Below, piece after piece: positions 60,269 to 64,000 of a DNA stretch of 64,000 nucleotides. Both the position numbers and the translations under genes were made by a program. The notes beneath the pieces were generated by a model, which worked only from the letters and a program-made list of their open reading frames with translations, searched no databases and was not told where the DNA came from. Within the stretch, counting starts at the first letter, position 1. Every line of letters begins with the position of its first letter. The DNA is from Bacillota bacterium (GTDB lineage Bacteria > Bacillota > Clostridia > Peptostreptococcales > Anaerovoracaceae): the NCBI GenBank assembly GCA_029239605.1, contig JARBUO010000011.1, forward strand, positions 1,429 to 65,428, given 5' to 3'.

Positions 60269-60832
60269 TTACAGCGGAAGAATATTTTTTCCAAACTCAT
60301 TATTGACAACTTGAGCCACGCTGCTGTAAACAGCAGATGCTCCGCAGATGATGCCAACCCATCCTGCAGCATTCTTGATCGCGTGGCTGCCGGCAAAATC
60401 ACCTGCAGCAAGCATGAAAAAGAGAACTGTAAGTGTAAAGAAGACAAACTGTGTTATGCGGTTATGCTTCAGTGTTCCAATGAACATAAAGGCTGAGAAG
60501 ATTCCCCATAGCAACAGATAAAAGCCCATGCTCTTCTCATCTGCAGCCGCCATGGCTTCCGTGGGGTTTGTCCAAATTACAATCAGGGACAGCCAGAAAA
60601 AGCCATAAGCGGTAAAGGCTGTTGCGCCAAAGGTATTATTCTTTAAAAACTCCATAATTCCTGCTATGATTTGAGCTGAGCCGCCAAGTGCAAAACCCAT
60701 GGACACAATTACAATGGAAAGCGGAATGATATCTGCGTTATGTAAGTTCAGCAGGATGGTCGTCATTCCGAACCCCAGAAGACCAAGGGGTGATGGATTA
60801 GCGATGTTTGACAGATTTTTTCCAGTACTCAT
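60269..60832 (-). CDS. satP: Acetate uptake transporter, GPR1/FUN34/YaaH family
   Basis: ANPSPLGLLGF, NTFGATAFTAYGFFW; start reassigned to ATG 60832. Confidence 0.92.
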   Translation of the reverse strand: MSTGKNLSNIANPSPLGLLGFGMTTILLNLHNADIIPLSIVIVSMGFALGGSAQIIAGIMEFLKNNTFGATAFTAYGFFWLSLIVIWTNPTEAMAAADEKSMGFYLLLWGIFSAFMFIGTLKHNRITQFVFFTLTVLFFMLAAGDFAGSHAIKNAAGWVGIICGASAVYSSVAQVVNNEFGKNILPL

Positions 60833-61166
60833 AAATTCCTCCAAGTGAATAATTATTTTTAGAGAAAGCCGCGCTAAATTTCGACTAAATTCTCCAAAAG
60901 TCAACCACAAACAGATTACACATTAACACATCTGAACTGAATTTGCAAATACATATTAAATAAGAAGGCATTTTAATTTATTCCAGGAAAAGAACGAGTC
61001 TTTTAAACTGATTATTTATTGCACCAACTCCTTTAGCGCAAGGCATAAGGGAATCAAAAAAGCACTGACCAGCAGTGCTTTTGTATGTATTTTCCGTTCT
61101 TTTGGATGGTTGCGTCAAATGAACCATGTTACAGTGAAGTGCGCCCCTTGAAACAAGCAGCATTAT

Positions 61167-61988
61167 TTAGTTAAACAGCAAGAAATATCCCAGTACCAGG
61201 ATTCCCAGAACAATACGGTACCAGCCGAAGACTTTAAAGTCATTCTGTTTGATATAGCTCATCAGGAACCTTATGGCCAGGATGGAAATCACAAATGCCA
61301 CAACCATTCCTACCAATAAGATCAACAATTCTTCCGTTGTAAATGCAAATCCGAATTTAACAAGTTTTAATGCACTGGCACCAAACATGACGGGTATGGA
61401 CAGAAAGAAGGAATACTCTGCTGCTATGGATCTGGATGAACCAAGCAGAATTCCTCCCAATATGGTTGCTCCTGATCTGGAGGTCCCGGGAATCAGAGAC
61501 AGAACCTGAAACATTCCGATCATAAAGGCTGTTTTGTAACTCAATTCTTTAAAGTTCTCAATCCTGGCATTACGTTTTTTATTTCTGTTTTCGATTACAA
61601 TAAACAACACGCCGTAAAGAATCAGTGTAACTGCTACGGTTTGATAATTGTAAAGATGCGCATCCAGCCAGTCATCCAGCGGAATTCCGATCAAAGCCGC
61701 AGGGAGCATTCCAATAATGACTTTGTACCAGATCGACATGGTCTCTTTTTTTTGCCGCAGTGATTTACTGGGTGCAAGGGGGTTTAATTTATGAAAATAC
61801 AGGATGACCACCGCCATGATGGCACCCAGCTGAATCACAACCCGGAACATCTCCATAAATTCCGGTGATGCCTTCAACCGGATAAATTCCTCCACAAGAA
61901 TCATATGTCCGGTGCTGCTGATAGGAAGCCATTCCGTTATGCCTTCCACAATTCCTAATATTACTGCCTTTAATAGTTCCTGAAACAA
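61167..61988 (-). CDS. uppP: Undecaprenyl-diphosphate phosphatase
   Basis: [28 protein letters not shown]. Confidence 0.96.
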   Translation of the reverse strand: MFQELLKAVILGIVEGITEWLPISSTGHMILVEEFIRLKASPEFMEMFRVVIQLGAIMAVVILYFHKLNPLAPSKSLRQKKETMSIWYKVIIGMLPAALIGIPLDDWLDAHLYNYQTVAVTLILYGVLFIVIENRNKKRNARIENFKELSYKTAFMIGMFQVLSLIPGTSRSGATILGGILLGSSRSIAAEYSFFLSIPVMFGASALKLVKFGFAFTTEELLILLVGMVVAFVISILAIRFLMSYIKQNDFKVFGWYRIVLGILVLGYFLLFN

Positions 61989-62092
61989 ATTCTTGTACCT
62001 CCATTATGTTATGTTTTCAGCAAAAGGATCACCTGTGACTGGTGAAAATACTCTGCTGATTTCTGTTGCCGCAAACGCGTACACCGTTATCC

Positions 62093-62821
62093 TCAAATGA
62101 GATGAAGACAATCTACATTTAATTGATATGTGACATCTTTTCGTTCCACAATAACTGAAATATCCTGCTTGAGCTTATCGTCTGCCAGAATCTGTGTAAT
62201 CAGTTCCCGTGTAGGGTTCACCGCATAGGGGTTTCCAACCAATTTTAACATGGAAAAATCTCCTGCCGTATCGCCATACGCGTAGCATGCAGATAAGTCC
62301 AGCTGATGTTTCGCGGACATTTCAAGTACTGCTTTCTGTTTGCTTTTCGAATCCCACATCGGCAAAATCGTTCCACTGTATGCTCCATCCGTATCAATTT
62401 CATACACAGTACCGCGATAGTCGTCCATGCCATACAAGGACGACATTTCAGAGACCAGCTCGATGGGCGAACCGGAAATGGCGATTACGATATGTCCCTG
62501 TTCTTTATGCCACTTAATTCTCTCCCGTGAATAAGTGTAAACCCGCTCTCCCTTTTGTTCAATGACTTTTTTGGCAATAAACCGGATATGATACGGATTT
62601 GTATACTTTACTGTTTCTGTGTAGATATCAACCATCTTCTGCAGATACAGATCATAATCTCCAAGCCGCTTGTTCCATTGACGAAAAGCGGGCTCCACAT
62701 CCCGATACCATTTGCTGTTATCGATCAGTTCGTAACGGATCATCTTCTTAAACATTTCACTAATTAAGCCTTCCCTCGAAATCGTTCCATCGATATCAAA
62801 AAAGGCCGCTATCTTCTCCAT
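62093..62821 (-). CDS. HAD-IB family hydrolase
   Basis: FFDIDGT, ISGS, K, YGDTAGD, VNP motifs. Confidence 0.9.
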   Translation of the reverse strand: MEKIAAFFDIDGTISREGLISEMFKKMIRYELIDNSKWYRDVEPAFRQWNKRLGDYDLYLQKMVDIYTETVKYTNPYHIRFIAKKVIEQKGERVYTYSRERIKWHKEQGHIVIAISGSPIELVSEMSSLYGMDDYRGTVYEIDTDGAYSGTILPMWDSKSKQKAVLEMSAKHQLDLSACYAYGDTAGDFSMLKLVGNPYAVNPTRELITQILADDKLKQDISVIVERKDVTYQLNVDCLHLI

Positions 62822-62962
62822 AGGATTTCCTCCTTTTTATCTCTGCAATTGCTTTATGTATTATAATCGAATCCTCTGTCAATTATTATTGTTTTTCATG
62901 AAGGAACCGGAGAACAGAAACAATAAGATTCTATGGAATCCAGTGTCAGATGACAAATATGC

Positions 62963-63331
62963 TCAAACCCAATAAATCCTTGCGCCAAAAGGGAGCAACC
63001 CAAGTTTGGATAGCTTGAGATGTTGAATTCCAAAGGGAATGCCTACTACAGTAATACAAAAAAGCACGCCGATGGCAAGATGTAAGACAGCCAATTCCCA
63101 ACCCAGAAGAAAAATCCAAATTACATTGAAAAGAAAGCCCGCTGCGCCAAAATTTCCAAGTTCAATGTCTCTCCCAAAAGGCCAGAGAACAAAGCCTGCG
63201 ATCTTAAAGCACTGCAGTCCGAAAGGAATACCAATCAGTGTTACACACAAAAGTAGGCCTGCGATCAACCACGCAATCGCTCCGAGTATGCCTCCAAAGA
63301 TCATCCAGATAAAATTACCAATAATACTCAT
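62963..63331 (-). CDS. YccF-domain inner-membrane protein
   Basis: Two GN..W...G / IGIPFG...K...L.PFG repeats. Confidence 0.9.
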   Translation of the reverse strand: MSIIGNFIWMIFGGILGAIAWLIAGLLLCVTLIGIPFGLQCFKIAGFVLWPFGRDIELGNFGAAGFLFNVIWIFLLGWELAVLHLAIGVLFCITVVGIPFGIQHLKLSKLGLLPFGARIYWV

Positions 63332-63606
63332 TCAGCAGTTCCTCCCATTCCCCTTTTCGCTCCAGTTGTCCAACATCGGGCACTATTGTCCCACGAAAGC
63401 CTCCCCTATAGGCTTTCCCTAACTATTATAACGCATATTTCCGAAAAATTCGATGCGGAAAATTCAATTTTCTAATCTAATTACGATTCGAAATCAGCAT
63501 TACTGTCAACGCATAGAAAAAACCGCATCAAAAATTGATGCGGCATAATTTATCATTTCATTATATAGATTTCATTTTTATCCCAATCGGTTCCAGTTTA
63601 TGTACT

Positions 63607-64000
63607 TTATTCGGAGGGATCCTGCACAAATCGAAAACTAACCATCCGAATGGTATTCTTCCTATGAACCTCAAAGAGTTCTTCTCCTTTGACAACCTGG
63701 CGTTCGCCGCAGTTTGACATGATGATGTCCAGATTTTCCAGGCCCTCGCCTGTCTGAACATATCCCGTTATTGTAACCCAATGCCAGTTATCTTCTCTGA
63801 GCGAATGTGCTCGATGAAACAGGATTAACAATGCAATGGGATGATCTGCATCAATGCACTCTTTCAGGTAGCTGACCGCTGCTTCCGGTTTATCAAACTT
63901 CAAACAGTAATATGGCTCCAGAAGAATCCCATGCTCCCGGCAGAATTTCACAAATTGGCTCCCAAATTTACGTACATATGGATATCCCATTAAGCCCGGC
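63607..64000 (-). CDS. Hypothetical protein, possible papain/C39-like fold (5' end probably beyond the window)
   Basis: Frame open to the window edge; HWVTITGY...SNCG resembles the His/Asn half of a papain-like triad. Confidence 0.5.
   Translation of the reverse strand, partial: PGLMGYPYVRKFGSQFVKFCREHGILLEPYYCLKFDKPEAAVSYLKECIDADHPIALLILFHRAHSLREDNWHWVTITGYVQTGEGLENLDIIMSNCGERQVVKGEELFEVHRKNTIRMVSFRFVQDPSE

Overview
Gene-dense chromosomal segment of an anaerobic Firmicute, most likely Clostridia (inferred from gene content: [FeFe]-hydrogenase, CsaB, CIRCE, sigma-D promoter, spore-type LysM protein). I found no rRNA, tRNA, CRISPR array, transposase or prophage. Housekeeping and envelope genes: DUF5693-csaB-tagA-transketolase, nnrD-antitoxin-mazF, mgtE, ilvD, clpB, glyA, a polar amino-acid ABC transporter, cls, trx, hydCBA, satP, uppP. 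The most unusual part is 19.5-33.7 kb. There a 1.6-kaa HD/helical-repeat/NadD-like nucleotidyltransferase/PRTase protein heads an operon with a non-canonical LDH-like enzyme and a flavodoxin/Fe-S flavoprotein. Divergent from it, two glutamate dehydrogenases flank a GAF-like/PEP-synthase-like/Pol-beta-type nucleotidyltransferase protein, and both gdh promoters share a motif at the same spacing. Regulatory signals read directly from the DNA include an mgtE leader with a uORF and nested hairpin, a 23-bp-periodic operator array between an XRE gene and a diguanylate cyclase, a sigma-D promoter driving a PTS-EIIC-EAL fusion, a CIRCE before clpB and an RHH-less MazE-type antitoxin missed by the ORF track. 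All calls come from motif recognition by eye; no database searches were run.
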